Positions 36,602-49,381 of a stretch of DNA of 64,000 bases are shown here, in pieces. The translations under genes and the position numbers were made by a program. The DNA is from Pseudovirgaria hyperparasitica (taxonomy: Eukaryota): assembly GCA_010093815.1 (NCBI GenBank), contig ML996567.1; one strand, given 5' to 3'. Each line of letters opens with the position of its first letter. Position 1 is the first letter of the stretch. The notes beneath the pieces were generated by a model. The model worked only from the letters and a program-made list of their open reading frames with translations, searched no databases and was not told where the DNA came from.

Positions 36602-38341
36602 ATGGCGACCAGCACAAGCTCTCCTCCGATTCCGGCCTCGATCCTTATCGTCGGATCCGGCGTTTTTGGACTTTCCACTGCATATGCCCTTGCGACGGAT
36701 CCGGACTTCAAGGATACAGAAATCACGGTCGTTGATCGCCAGGAATTTCCTGCTGCAGATGCTTCAAGTGTAATTCTCACCTTGGCTTTTTTTCTTTTCT
36801 TCTTCTCGCGTTGCTTGAATCCTTTTCCGTCTTGGATTTCCAGTGACTTCTTGCTTTCTTCCTATTGGTTGTCGTTTTCGCAAAAATTATCGTCTCTTCT
36901 CTAAATCACTCACCACCTCACCTCTCTATCTATAGCTCACACTGCTCCACCCAACACACCGCTAACCTTCTCCCAGATCGACACCTCTCGCATCATCCGC
37001 GCCGACTACGCCGACCCCGCCTACGCTGCTCTCGCCTTCGAAGCGCAATCCCACTGGCGCGGCACCTGGGGCCTTGACGGCCGGTACACCGAGACAGGCC
37101 TTTGCGTCGTAGCTGAGCCCGGCTCCGATGCCTATGTGCGCAGCAGCCTCTCCAACGTCCGCTCCCTCCTGGCCCAATACGGCGACCCTCGAACCGACAA
37201 ATCGCTTCCCCCGGTCGAGGAGCTCAACTCCCAGGATGCCATCAGGAAGGTCATGGGCAAAGGCCCAGTGAGCGGAAGCACGGGGTACTTGAACCGCATG
37301 AGCGGCTGGGCCGACGCGGAGGCCAGCATGCGCTATCTGGGCGCCCTGGTGCGCGCAACGCAAAGAGTCACCTTCGTCCAGGGCACCGTCGACAACCTCC
37401 TCTTCACTCCCTCACCATCACCCTCCGCATCCGCACCCAGCTCCGTCGCCGGCGTCCGCCTCAGCACATCCACCACCACCCTGACCGCCGACCTGACCAT
37501 CCTCGCCTGCGGCGCCTGGACATCCGCCCTCCTCGACACCCGCGGCATCGCCCGCGCCACGGGCCAGATCGTCGCGTACGTGCCCCTGTCACAGCACGAA
37601 ACGAGCACTCTGCACTCCTGTCCTACCCTGCTCAATCTCGACAACGGCATGTTCATCATCCCGCCCAGCAGCGCCCATTCCACGCTCAAAGTCGCCCGCC
37701 ACGGCCACGGCTACGTGAATCCGTCCCGTATCCCGCACCCCGAAGCCGCTGCTCGGCCCGGTCATCGGCAGGAGACTATCACAACCAGTCTGCCGCGCAC
37801 ACATCTCACCTCCCCGCCTCAACTCGGGCTCCCGCGCGAAGCGAACCACGCTCTGAGATCATTCCTGCAATCCTCCCTCGCTCTATTATCCGTGCCGTCG
37901 ACCTCACCCTCGAGTCCAACCCCACAAGACCCCTTCTCCCCATCCTTCCCCTCCTCCCCCTCTTCCACCCCTGCGCCCCCACCCATCGCCGCCCGCGCAT
38001 TCAGCCAGACCCGTCTGTGCTGGTACACCGACACGCCGACGGGCGACTTCATAATCGACTACCACCCGGCGTACGCCTCGTCGCTCTTCGTCGCTACGGG
38101 CGGCAGCGGCCACGCGTTCAAGTTCTTGCCTGTTATTGGGGAGAAGATTGTGTTGTGTGTTAAGGGGCGGAGGGGGGATGTTGCGGCGGCTGGGGTGGGT
38201 GGGGTGTTTGATGGGAAGTGGAGGTGGAGGGGGGAGAGGGTGGAGGAGGAGGGGTTTGAGGGGGATGGGAGTAGGGGTGGGGAGAGGGGGATGGTGCTTG
38301 GGGTGGAGATGGGGAGGGAGGGGAGGGGGTGGAGGCTTTAG
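36602..38341 (+). CDS. FAD-dependent oxidase, sarcosine/pipecolate/fructosyl-amino-acid oxidase family
   Basis: Exons 36602-36769, 36977-38341. ILIVGSGVFGLSTA (Rossmann fold), ASSIDTSRIIRADY, RLCWYTDTPTGDFIIDYHP, LFVATGGSGHAFKFLPVIG. Confidence 0.9.
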
Positions 38342-38344
38342 GGG

Positions 38345-38490
38345 GAGGGATCGAGGGATCGAGGGGTTGAGTGATTGAGGGATTGAGGGATTGAGGGTTT
38401 GAGGTTTTGAGGTTTTGAGGGGTTGAGGGATTGAGGTTTTGAGGTTCTTGAGGCTTTGAGGTTGTGAAGTTCTGAGGTTTTGAGGTTCTT
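38345..38490. repeat. Degenerate 8-bp tandem repeat (TTGAGGGA/TTGAGGTT) right after the oxidase stop codon
   Basis: About 18 diverged units visible. Confidence 0.8.
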
Positions 38491-39468
38491 GACGCTTCGA
38501 GAGGCAAGGGGAGGGATGGGATGGGCATGGGAGTTTGACTCGACTGCTGCTGCTGCTACTGCTTGCTTGCTATTGACACATCACACACCACATATCACAC
38601 ACGCATAGATATACATAAACCATAAAACATAGATAGACACGCTAGACTAGACGATCGACCCGCCAACATAGACATAAAACACACTTTCAACACTTCCTTG
38701 TACCAGCACCAGCACCACCGCCACACTGTACCACACACCAGATAGAACACCACCACCACCCCCAAACCCCCCTTCAACACTAAACCCCACCGCCGAACAC
38801 GCCTCAGTGTGGGTTGGCGTGGTGGTCTTTGGGGTGTGCGGGAGGTGAGGTTAGTATGTATGTATGTGTATGTTCTGTACCACAGATACGCGAATAGTCA
38901 AGCGATGGCACGATGCCAAGGCAGTATGCAACGCTCGCATGCCTAAATATCACAGATCTATTATTTATGGCGTGGCACGCACAGGGGAAGGCTGATATCA
39001 CGGACGGAACGACGCAGAGAGGCGTGCAGATATGATTGTTGTTGTGTGTCTTAACAATACTGGTGAGGTATTGGGTCATCAAGGGAAGGAAATGATTTGT
39101 AGTGTTTATGGGACGAGGTGTTTGGGCGGGTTTGTATGTTTGGTCGATCTGAGTATCTATTGACAGGCTTCCATTAATGGAGGCATAATGATCTGAGTAA
39201 AGATAAGCTTTGCGGACATGGGCGAGTGGGTATGTTGTGATGTGGGGAGTTTGTTTTGGGGTCATGTGAGCGTGCGGACATGGAATTGGCAGACACCAGC
39301 ACGTGATGACTCACCAAGTACGTGTCCTTACATAAGGCGCGCGAGTCATGACAGGAGCTCGAGCTCCAAGTCGACGCGTCTCCGCTTGATTCTCGGCCTC
39401 ATACATGATAAATTTCCAGACTTCTCAACTCCGACTCATTGAGCCGTGAGCAGAAGACCGCACCAGCC

Positions 39469-40491
39469 ATGACTGTCACGACTGCGATGCGTCCCGTACG
39501 GGCTGGTTTTCGAGCCATGCCGCGTGCCAGATCCATCAGCCGCGTCGCCTTGAAAGACCACCACGCAGCACCGCCGCGCGAAACACCAAAGCGACCGCAG
39601 ACGATCCGCGAAGCCATCGGGACTGTGCGCTACATTCCGTTCGTGCTGATGGGCGCCACGACACTTTACGTTTCGTTTTACTGCTCGTCAGTCTACATGA
39701 ACTACCGCCGCGTGTCCAGCACGCCCTACAAGCCGGTACCCGCAGACGTGACGGATCGATGGGACAAGGAGGCTGCAACGTTCGACCGGGACATGGGCCC
39801 GATGGAGTTCTACATGGGCATGAATTGGCTCCGCAAGTCGATGACGCGACAGGCGCACGGCCATGTCCTCGAGGCCGCGGTAGGGACTGGGAGAAATATC
39901 AAGTACTACAAACCGGTGCTCTGCGAGTCGATAACGATGGTGGACCAGAGCAGGAAAATGGTTGACGTGGCGTATGGCAAGTGGAAGGAGTATTTCCCGC
40001 GTGCGGAAGATCTGGCCAAGGTCACCTTTCGGCATCAGTCTGTCATTGACGACGTGAAGCTGCCGGATCCAGAGGGCTTTGATTTTGTGATCCAGACGAT
40101 GGGCCTATGCTCAACGCCGGAGCCTGAGGCGCTCATCAGAAGTCTGGCGAGAATGACGAAGAAGGATGGGGGGAGGATACTGCTGCTGGAGCACGGGAGA
40201 TCGAAGTACGACTGGCTTAACCGTGTGCTGGACAAGACGGCAGCACCACACGCCGATAAACACGGATGCTGGTGGAACAAAGACATTATCAAGATTGTCG
40301 AAGACAGCGGAGTTGATGTGGTGGCCATCAGCAGATATCACCTTGGCACGACGTATTGGATAGAGCTCAAGCCTGGCGAGAAGTTCCAGAGGACACTACA
40401 GCAGGAGGAGGAGATGCGCACCGAAGCCAGGACACAAGCAGCTACTCACAAATCCAAGTCAAACACCTGGTGGCCGCGATGGAATTCCTGA
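39469..40491 (+). CDS. OMS1: Mitochondrial SAM-dependent methyltransferase, Oms1-like
   Basis: Arg-rich presequence, one TM segment, motif I VLEAAVGTGRN, FDFVIQTMGLCS, GGRILLLEHGRS, HADKHGCWWNKDI. Confidence 0.8.
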   Translation: MTVTTAMRPVRAGFRAMPRARSISRVALKDHHAAPPRETPKRPQTIREAIGTVRYIPFVLMGATTLYVSFYCSSVYMNYRRVSSTPYKPVPADVTDRWDKEAATFDRDMGPMEFYMGMNWLRKSMTRQAHGHVLEAAVGTGRNIKYYKPVLCESITMVDQSRKMVDVAYGKWKEYFPRAEDLAKVTFRHQSVIDDVKLPDPEGFDFVIQTMGLCSTPEPEALIRSLARMTKKDGGRILLLEHGRSKYDWLNRVLDKTAAPHADKHGCWWNKDIIKIVEDSGVDVVAISRYHLGTTYWIELKPGEKFQRTLQQEEEMRTEARTQAATHKSKSNTWWPRWNS

Positions 40492-42843
40492 TAAGATATC
40501 AAGCAGATGAAGAAGCTTAAGCTCAGGCCACGTCAGCGCGAAGGAGCAACAAACAAGGGGGAAGGAAATGGCATTGAAGCTCTCCAGGGTCTGGTGAGAG
40601 TGCCGGGGGCGTGGCTCCGTGCTCTATTAGTGTGTGACCATCCATGGCGTTGGGATGGGAGCGGCTTACAAGCTCAGGAGCTGAAGGACGATCGCTCCGA
40701 AGCTATTCGTCTCGTGGATGTGATGTCACGACGCGCGCGCGCGCGCACGACTCGCGTATGCCGCCGTATCTTATCGCTCACACTCCCCCCCGCTTCACAC
40801 GAAAAGCCATTGACCGTTGCGCGCCTGCAAGCACGACGATGAAAGTACGGGAGTGTGGTCCTGTCCTGTCCTGTACAAAAAGGAAGTAGATAAGTAATTA
40901 GTAATTACTAGGGGGCAAGCCGAGCGGTCACCGGCCCTGGTAGAGCTGGTAGATTGTACAACCCCCACCACCCCCTGCCTGGGTAAATACAAGGATATAG
41001 ATGGTTGGTAGCGCATACGGAGCCAGGAAAACCGTTGTTGTACCTGGCCTGGCTGGGGTCCTGGACGTTGTCGTCAATCCGTCAAGGAAGCAAAAAGAAA
41101 ACATTTTCGCATTTTTGTGGTGGGTGGTACAGACTGCGTAGTGTAGGTCTGGAGATGGACGCGCTTGCTGGGGGGGACGACTTGAAACATGGCAATTCAA
41201 TCAACGGATACTATATATGAGTGTGATTTGGCAATCGGACCTGAATTCATACTTTAGAGGGGTACAGCACAGGCAGGTCATGCGCCAAAGTCCAGCAACG
41301 AAGAACCCGTCACGATGGATGGTGAGTGACATGCCCCCATGCCATGCCATGCCAGCAGATCTATCACGGAGACTGATGATGGATGAGATGAGATGAGGGA
41401 TGATGGGATGGATCGGACGAGGCAAAAGTGCAGAAGTGCAAAAAAAAAGATTCTTTTTCCATATTCGTACAGGGGGGGAGGGGCCAAAGGAAGTGGGGTG
41501 GGGCATGCGTCAGGACAGGATCAGGACAGGATGACTGACCCACCCGGCGTGTGTGCCGATGAGATGATGAAAGTGTGCTTTGTGTACCTTTGAAGGCCAA
41601 AATGCGCGCGGAGGGCAGCTAGGTTGGTGCTTGGTGCTTGGAGTGAATGAGTGGTGTACTAAGGAAGAAATGCATGCATAGGGAGGGAGGAGGGGCGGGT
41701 CTCTCGCCCCCCAAAAATACCGTTTTGCCGTAAGCCGTTACTTTTCTTCGTTTCTCTTTTTTTTGGTTTCGTTTCTTTCTTCTGGCGCGACGCACTAAGA
41801 AGAAGAAAGTCTCTGCTTTTGCGCATGCGACTGACAGACTGACAGACAGACAGACAGACAGAGTGAGAAGCAGGACTTGCTTACCTTACGACAACAATTA
41901 CTGTAGACGGCTACTGTTGGCCTGTGGTGACGCGGACGGACTCGACTAAGAAGCAAAGAGCCAAGTACATACATACTACATATGTACATATATACTACGT
42001 ACCCATTCTGCCCATTCTGCCCGCTTTGGACGTCATCTACGGACTCTCCATTCGTTGGTTGTAGTGGACCGGTCTCGCTCCCCAGGACCACAACCGCCCG
42101 GCCCTTCTTCCGGCCCTGGGAGTCCTGGGGAGCGAGCAAGCATGCATGAATCCATCCATCCCATCTCTCTCTCTCTCTCTCTCTCTCATGTCGGGCGTCG
42201 GACTGGTAAAACCTCCTGGGAGGAGAGAGGAGGAGGAGGATTAATTAGTGTAGCTGTGGTGTGCTGCTGGTGCATGGACTTTGTGTGCTGAGGGCGAGAA
42301 ATGGCTGTTATTGATGCAGGTTAGAGGCACGAGCAGCAGGGCTGACGGTGAGTTGATGTACTATTACTACTTTACTGTATGTACTGTTATAGGTAGGCGT
42401 AGGCGCAGGCTGTGAGGGAGTTTGTGAGTTTGTGAGTCTGTGAGTCTGTGAAGGCAGGGGGGGTCCCGAGAGAGAGAGAGAGATGAGGCATCTTTTCATG
42501 TGCTAATTAATTAATTACTGTATGAAGGATGCGTTGAAGAATAGGGAGACAGACCCCCCCCCCCCGGGATCGCGATTGTTAGCCTTACGACCGAAATCGT
42601 TCGCACGCAGCATATCGTGGCTGCGTGCTGCGTGCTGCATGCAAACACAACTGCAACGGGCAGCGAGGGACCAATTATAGCATCTCCACCATCGCCTGGC
42701 ATCCATCATCACATTTGCATCATACACACGCATACACACATACACACATACACACATACACATACAGGAGATGGATATGGGCAGTGTGTAACTATGGCGT
42801 TTTGTGTGTTGTGAGCATTGGCTCTATCTATGCTTGTCCCTTA

Positions 42844-42877
<34 letters not shown>

Positions 42878-44073
42878 GCGTGCACACACACACGGCCTGG
42901 ACGAGAGAGAGGCCCGCATCCGCAACCCGCAACCTTCTCCGTCCTAGGCCAAAGCTAATAAACACACACAAGAAAAAGAATAAGAAAAAAAAAGAATTAA
43001 CGTTTCGTCGGACGAGCGAAAAGGCAGCGGTGACAGCAGCAATGCGTCTTTGTCCAAACCAAGATGGGAAAAGTGCGTGTGCGCGGTGGCTTGCAAGTCT
43101 GGCACGATTTGCTCTCCACTAGGCCGGGTCCCCGTCTTCTTTTGCATGATTAGTCCACTACCACTACCACTAATCCCCCTCCCCCCCCTGGCAAAACAAA
43201 AAAAGTGAGTAAGAGTGAGAGTGTGCACTGCGCAGGTGTAGGACTGTGTGAGTTTGAGTTTGACTCTCCGTTCTGCGTCTGCGTCTGCTTCTGCTTCTGC
43301 TTCTGCGACGGCGGAAAGGGAGGGATGCAGTAATTAATACCAGCAGTAATACCAGTAATACCAGTAATTAATACCCAAGTACCAGCACTACTCCACTTTG
43401 CGCTCCACTTTGCACTTCCGCTTCCACTCACTCTCCCTCCTAATTCTTCCCACCGTTGCTTTCCCAACTTCCTTCGATTGCTCTATACAACAACAACATC
43501 AACATCATCAACATACTCTGAGCTGATTGTCTCTACCGTCTCACACTTCATTCTCGCAGACAGACCTTCATCCCTGCTGCGTGCCACCTTGCGACGCTTA
43601 TTACCTACTCTACTGCCTATCCGGATCCGTCCTTCATCTGGCTGAAAGGGGCGCCGACCCTCTCTCTCTCTCTCTCTACCTTATTCTAAGCAACATCTTC
43701 TCACGCCCACCACAACAACACAATCAGCAGAAAGTCTACAACAAGAACAACAACAGCAACAACACATCACTCACGGCTCCTACGTTCCAACACGCTGTTT
43801 ATTTCATACCTTGCGTCGCCTGCATCCTACCAGACTACCAGACCGGGTTCAGTCTCACCGTCTGCATTCCATGCAGCCTTCCGACCAATAGGACCTTCCG
43901 CGTAACCAGCTCGCCCATACACTTTTTGCACTTTCGCCTTACACCCTGCCACCGTCCGTCCTTTCGTAGCCGTCGTCGCGCGACAAGATTTGATACTTTT
44001 TCTCGATTTCTGCCTCGTCGCTTTCTACAACTACGACAATACCATCCTCCGTCTATCCTCATAATTCGCCATA

Positions 44074-45367
44074 ATGCCCTATAATACAAGGCGCAAGTCG
44101 CTGTCCCTGGAGTCGCTAGGCATCCACGTTCCAAACAGCTCCCGCGCCTCGAACCGCTCACCGCCCTCCTCCTTGCCGACCCCGGTCAGCGTCAGCGACG
44201 AAAAATCACAACCACCGCCAAAGAAGGTCAAACGTTCGCATACCATGAGCTCGTCGGGCTCCGTCTCGTCGCCGAGTCCTCCACGCAAGTCTACCATAAA
44301 GTTTGCCGATGCTGCGCTCACGAGCCGCGCCGCTGAGAACACTCCGCCACCGTCTCCGGGTGGTTTGGGCCGGCAGAATAAAATCGACACGGAGGGTATC
44401 AATGATGACATCGTCGTCGGCGTCATAGAACAGCTGGAAGAGACGGGCAATCGCCCTCATCTGCTGAAAGAGCTCGCGGCAGTGCTGTCTACAAGGCTGC
44501 AGTCTGTCGAGAGGTAAGCTGTCGTACTAGTCCTCCTGTATCCGCATCCTGCTAACAACCTATCCCAGCTCTGCAAATCCTGCTGCCATAATCTCTTCGC
44601 GTCTCGCAAACTACCTTCGACGGACCTGGACGGCGCTGTCGCCCTGTCCTCTCGACAAAGTTCTCGTTGGAACGCATCCAAAGAGAGTCTACTACTTCCT
44701 TACCACTACGCCTCATCAGGAAATTCCTCAGCATCCCGACTCTGGTCCTGCTGTTACCTCGCGCATCATCTCACCTTCACTGTCAGGTGCCACTGATGAG
44801 GAGATTGAGGACCGCGCTTCAAGAGCTCGTGCGCAAATGTCGCCCTCGCCCGAGGTCGACCTGCCGGATCTTGACTTGGGTAATGATGGCATGAACACTC
44901 CATTTTCGGAGCATGGATCACATCCGCCCATCTCAAATAACATGGCGCACAACCGTCGAGCTGCGAGTCCGCCGCTCGAGCGCGTTGAGCGCGAATTCTC
45001 CGGTCTGGCCAGCACGCTGCAGCAACGAAGTAGATGCCAGAGCGAGAGCATGGAAGATGTGACTATTGAGCCTGTCGTTGAAGATCCTGCACCATCGATC
45101 GAAATCGATGAGACCGAGGAAAGTGCCGCGCGGAAGAATAGCGAAACCGCCGCAGTCTTGTTCGGATCATCCGTCGAGAGCCTCGCCCTAGCTACAGCGG
45201 CAACGGTCATGAGCAGTCCGCTTGTCAAACCACAAAGCCTGCCCTCGGTCTTGAGCCAGAAACGGCCATTCGAGGCCGAGGTGAAGATGCTCGACGAGGC
45301 GAGGTGGGATCTCTATGAAACCAACGTCGAACTCGACGAGCTCGACGAAATGTTTGGAGATTACTAA
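44074..45367 (+). CDS. Gds1-like winged-helix domain protein
   Basis: Exons 44074-44513, 44569-45367. Conserved filamentous-fungal N-terminus MPYNTRRKSLSL, core INDDIVVGVIEQLEETGNRPHLLKELAAVLS...SANPAAIISSRLANYLRRTWTALSPCPL...HPKRVYYFLTT, and C-terminal VELDELDEMFGDY. Confidence 0.75.
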
Positions 45368-46035
45368 AGGAAAACAAAAGTCTGTGGAATCTGCGAGGAA
45401 ACGAAAAATGATTACCAATCGGTATGCACCTAATGCGCTTGTTTTAAGTCTTTAATTTTGCAGCTACGTATGTTTTTGTATTATCGGATATTGTTTTGTT
45501 CTACAAGTTACAGGCTCGCGCCAGGGGAGAGTAGATTCCGCTGTATATTAGACTTGGACGGGCGTTGTACTGTACTGTATACTGTACTGTACTGTGCAGA
45601 TTCAGATGACTGGGCATGGCGCTATCGGCGTTGACACACGCCCAGGAGGGCTTTGAATTTGTATCGGGCGGGACCTTGCGATTTTCGATTTCGAGTTCGA
45701 TCTCATCGTCTGATGCATAGATTCTCGGTGTGTTAAGAGGGTGCGCGGCGAAGACGGGGCTGAAGATACCATTTCAATCAAAAAGAACTTCCACTCTTCA
45801 TGACTTGCACTCTTCGTGCAGATTCTTGAGCTATTCCACGTATCAAGTTTGTACATGTTTCAGGTTGTGACAGCGTAGAGTTGTCGCATTCGGAAAACGG
45901 CTTATATCCGGCGTCTAGAGTTGCGTCATAGCTCCAAGCCGAGCTCCATCTCAAAACTTAAACATCCTCACTTCTGTTCAAACATCGTCAGGTCTTCATT
46001 GATCCTGTCAGTCACGCCCTCTCTCTCCTACTACC

Positions 46036-47250
46036 ATGGCCACGACCACACTTCCTCGCTACGCTCTACGGCGGCAACTCTCCCTACCCTCAAGAACCCG
46101 GGTAGCGCACATACCCTCTCACATCTCCCAGCAGCAGCGTCGCCGCGTCTCCGCATACGGCTACGAACAAGCCAAAGCCCTCACCTTCCGCGACTACGGC
46201 GAGCCCAGCGACGTCCTCTCCCTCCACTCCCACTCAATCTCACCCGCCCACTCCAACCTCCTCACCCTCCGCTTCCTCGCCTCGCCCATCAACCCGGCCG
46301 ACATCAACCAGATCCAAGGCCTCTACCCCAGCAAACCCACCTTCACCACCTCCCTCGGCACCCCCTACCCCCTCGCCGTCGCCGGCAACGAAGCCGTCGC
46401 CCAAGTCCTCTCCACCGGCTCCGCCGTCTCCGCCCTCTCAAAGGGCGACTGGGTCATCATGAACCGCCCCAGCCTCGGCACCTGGCGCACCCACGCCCAA
46501 CTCCCCGAGTCCGCCGTCCTCAAAATCGACAATCACGAACACCTCTCCCCCATCCAAGTCGGCACCGTCAGCGTAAACCCCTGCACCGCATACCGCCTCC
46601 TCCGCGACTTTGTCCCCCTCACCCCAGGCGACTGGTTCATCCAAAACGGCGCAAACTCGGGCGTCGGCCGCGCCGCCATCCAGCTTGCCCGCGCCTGGGG
46701 CTACAGGAGCATCAACGTCGTGCGCGCCCGCCCCGACGACCCCGCCGCCACAGATGCCCTGCGCGCCGACCTCACAAGTCTAGGCGCCGACATCGTCGTC
46801 ACAGACGCAGAGCTCCAGGCCCGCGACTTCCGCGACCGCGTCGCCGAATGGACGCACGCCGGCCGCGAGCCGCTCAAGCTAGCACTCAACTGCGTAGGCG
46901 GCAAGCCCGCTCTCGCGCTGGCCAAGCAGCTCGCCCCGCACGGCTGCATGGTCACGTACGGCGCCATGGGCAGGAAGCCGCTTGAAGTGCCCGCCTCGCT
47001 GCTGATCTTCAGGGATATCCGCTTCGCTGGGTTCTGGGTTAGTGAGTGGGCGGCGCGGCATCCCGGGGAGAAGAAGAAGACGGTCGAGCATGTGTTGAAT
47101 TTGATGCGCGAGGGCGGGTTCCGCGATGCGCCGGTTGAGCGGGTGGAGTGGGGGTGGGAGACGAAGGGGGAGGAGCTGGTGCGGAGGGTGGAGGGGACGT
47201 TGGAGGGGTTCAGGAGTGGGAAGGGCGTGTTTGTGTTTGGGGAGGAGTAG
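46036..47250 (+). CDS. ETR1: Mitochondrial enoyl-ACP (2-enoyl-thioester) reductase, MDR family
   Basis: FLASPINPADINQIQGLYP, AGNEAVAQV, GTWRTH, SVNPCTAYRLL, IQNGANSGVGRAAIQLA, LALNCVGG, VTYGAMG; presequence present; intronless. Confidence 0.92.
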   Translation: MATTTLPRYALRRQLSLPSRTRVAHIPSHISQQQRRRVSAYGYEQAKALTFRDYGEPSDVLSLHSHSISPAHSNLLTLRFLASPINPADINQIQGLYPSKPTFTTSLGTPYPLAVAGNEAVAQVLSTGSAVSALSKGDWVIMNRPSLGTWRTHAQLPESAVLKIDNHEHLSPIQVGTVSVNPCTAYRLLRDFVPLTPGDWFIQNGANSGVGRAAIQLARAWGYRSINVVRARPDDPAATDALRADLTSLGADIVVTDAELQARDFRDRVAEWTHAGREPLKLALNCVGGKPALALAKQLAPHGCMVTYGAMGRKPLEVPASLLIFRDIRFAGFWVSEWAARHPGEKKKTVEHVLNLMREGGFRDAPVERVEWGWETKGEELVRRVEGTLEGFRSGKGVFVFGEE

Positions 47251-47263
47251 GGTCGGGCTGGGG

Positions 47264-47336
47264 GGCTTGGGTGGCTTGGGGGGCTTGGGTAGCTTGGGGG
47301 ACTTGGGGGACTTGGGGGACTTGGGGGGCTTTGGGG
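47264..47336. repeat. G-rich 9-bp tandem repeat (GACTTGGGG-like), about 8 copies
   Basis: Directly visible after the ETR1 stop; followed by a GT/TA tract. Confidence 0.85.
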
Positions 47337-47676
47337 AGGGAAGAAGTGTGTGTATGTGTATGTGTGCGTGTGTGTGCGTGTGTGTGTATGTGTACATAGC
47401 GAACGGAGTGGCATGCATGCATGTATTGTATGGCTTCACGGTTGAATATTTGGACCTAGCAGATATACATGTGCGGCCTAAGCTTCAAATGCCCTCCTCC
47501 CACTTCCCCCTCTCACGATCCCACAAACATCGTCGGACCATCCCACTCCGATCATCACAACACAAGGCCAGACAGACCACATATTCCATCCGACAACACC
47601 GACCACACCCGTCTCAGCCCTCCAACAACACCGACACACTCCCATCCTAGCACAGCCTTACTACCACAACCAACCC

Positions 47677-47736
47677 NNNNNNNNNNNNNNNNNNNNNNNN
47701 NNNNNNNNNNNNNNNNNNNNNNNNNNNNNNNNNNNN
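47677..47736. other. Assembly gap (60 N)
   Basis: Run of N; probably hides the ISN1 stop codon. Confidence 1.
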
Positions 47737-49381
47737 GCTCCTGCAACCGATCCAACTCCCCAACCTCATCCAGCAGCGCACACGTCTCCCCCGGCCCCGC
47801 AATCCAAGCAGTCGTACACGCCATCCTTGCCCTAAAATCATTCGCGCCGCCGGCACTCAAGAACTGATCGCCCACATGCAGCGTCTTCGCGCCCTCGACC
47901 CCACCGAAAAACTTCTGACACGCCCGCACGCCCCAGGATTTATCGCCAATGTCGACGAAGACGTCGGTTCCGCCGTTGAAGGCGCAGAAGGGCAGGCGGC
48001 GGCCGACGGGGGAGTGGTCGAGGGCTTTTTGCACGGCCAGCACGGTTTCTTCGAGGTTTTCGCGGGAGAGCTTTGCGGGGGGGGTGTCTGTGGTTGGGGG
48101 GTTAGGGATGATGCCGACGGCGCGGGGCTTGCGGATGAGGGTTGCGGGGAGGGAGAGGGTGGAGATTGTGCTGCGGAGGGCGGACTCGGCGAGGTCGAGG
48201 AGGGCGGTGATGTCGGCGTCGGTCCAGAGGTGCATTTCGGGGAGCTGCCAGTCTGCGCGCGGGACGGGGCGGAGCAGGCTGGGCTGGGAGGGGTCGAAGG
48301 CGAAGCAGTAGTTGCTTTCGCCGCCGAGGATGACGAGGTTCTGGTTGTGGGGGGAGGCGGTTGTCTGGATGGCGTCGAGGAGGCCGTGGAGGCGGTGGTA
48401 GTAAGGGGTTGCGGTCGGGTAGCCGGCGGCGGTGACGATGCCGATGCGGGTGCCTGCGCGCATGAGCTGGAGGATGCGCGGGATGACGGGGTTGTCGGGG
48501 GTGAGCTCCATGCCGTCGTCGTAGAGGGTGACGTCGCCGTCGAAGGTGACGAGGTCGAGGGGGCCGGTGCGGACGAGTGACATTACCTGGGCGGTGTTGA
48601 GGATGAGGCGGATGTCGTTGAAGGAGGGCGGGACGTGGCGGCGGCGGGAGATGAGGCGGCGGGTGTCTTGGTAGATGAAGGCGTCGTGGAGCTGGAGGGG
48701 CGTGAAGAAGGTTGAGACGGTGGGGACGAGGAGGCGGAGTTTGGAGCGGTCTTCTGTGCCTTCGAGTTGGTGGATGACTGGGTGGGTGGGTGGATGGTTA
48801 GTGGTGTTTTGATGCTGTGGAGTTCATATGAGAAGAACGGGGCGTACTGTGGTCGTTTATGATGCCCTCTACGTCGCGCATGATCTCTGCGTATCTCTTG
48901 TGTGCTCCCTCGGCGGACACCCGGATCGACTCATGGCCGGGCTCGAAGATGGCCGTAGGCTGAGAGTGCAGGACAAAAGGCACGGCAAGGAGTCCCTGGA
49001 GCCCTTCATGTCAGCTCCTAGCACATCGTGGCTGCTATCAGGACCAAGGTCAAGGTCGTACTTTGATCCATTCAATCTATGACAGACGGTTTAGCAGGTG
49101 TCTCTTTGAGTCGAGTGTGTGTATATCACGGAGTATTGATGCTCCGGACAGCAGGCTCACCAATTGGTCCCTTCGATGCGACTACAGTCCCATTCCCAGC
49201 ATTGGTTAGCGAGAGCGAGCAAGCTAGATTTATATATACCCCCGTCGAGGAGTACTGGTGGAGTGGACGCACCTTGAGAGCATCTGTCAGATGGATTAGC
49301 ATAAGTGAAAGCTGTAGTCTGTCTGTCAGACCAGAGGCACATGTTTTGCAACGTACATTCGACTCGATATCGTGTAGTCAT
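47737..49381 (-). CDS. ISN1: IMP-specific 5'-nucleotidase Isn1 (HAD family); 3' end runs into the gap
   Basis: Exons 49381-49357, 49283-49273, 49181-49161, 49076-49062, 48995-48848, 48777 onward give MTTRYRVEYALKSHRRDQLIEWIKGLLAVPFVLH... Motifs VTFDGDVTLYDDG, IVTAAGY, FCAFNGGTDVFVDIGDK, TLHVGDQF. Confidence 0.93.

Noticed and set aside
47555..47676. ORF-track extension of ISN1 beyond the N gap
   Set aside because: Frame across a placeholder gap is meaningless; the sequence looks like 3'UTR.
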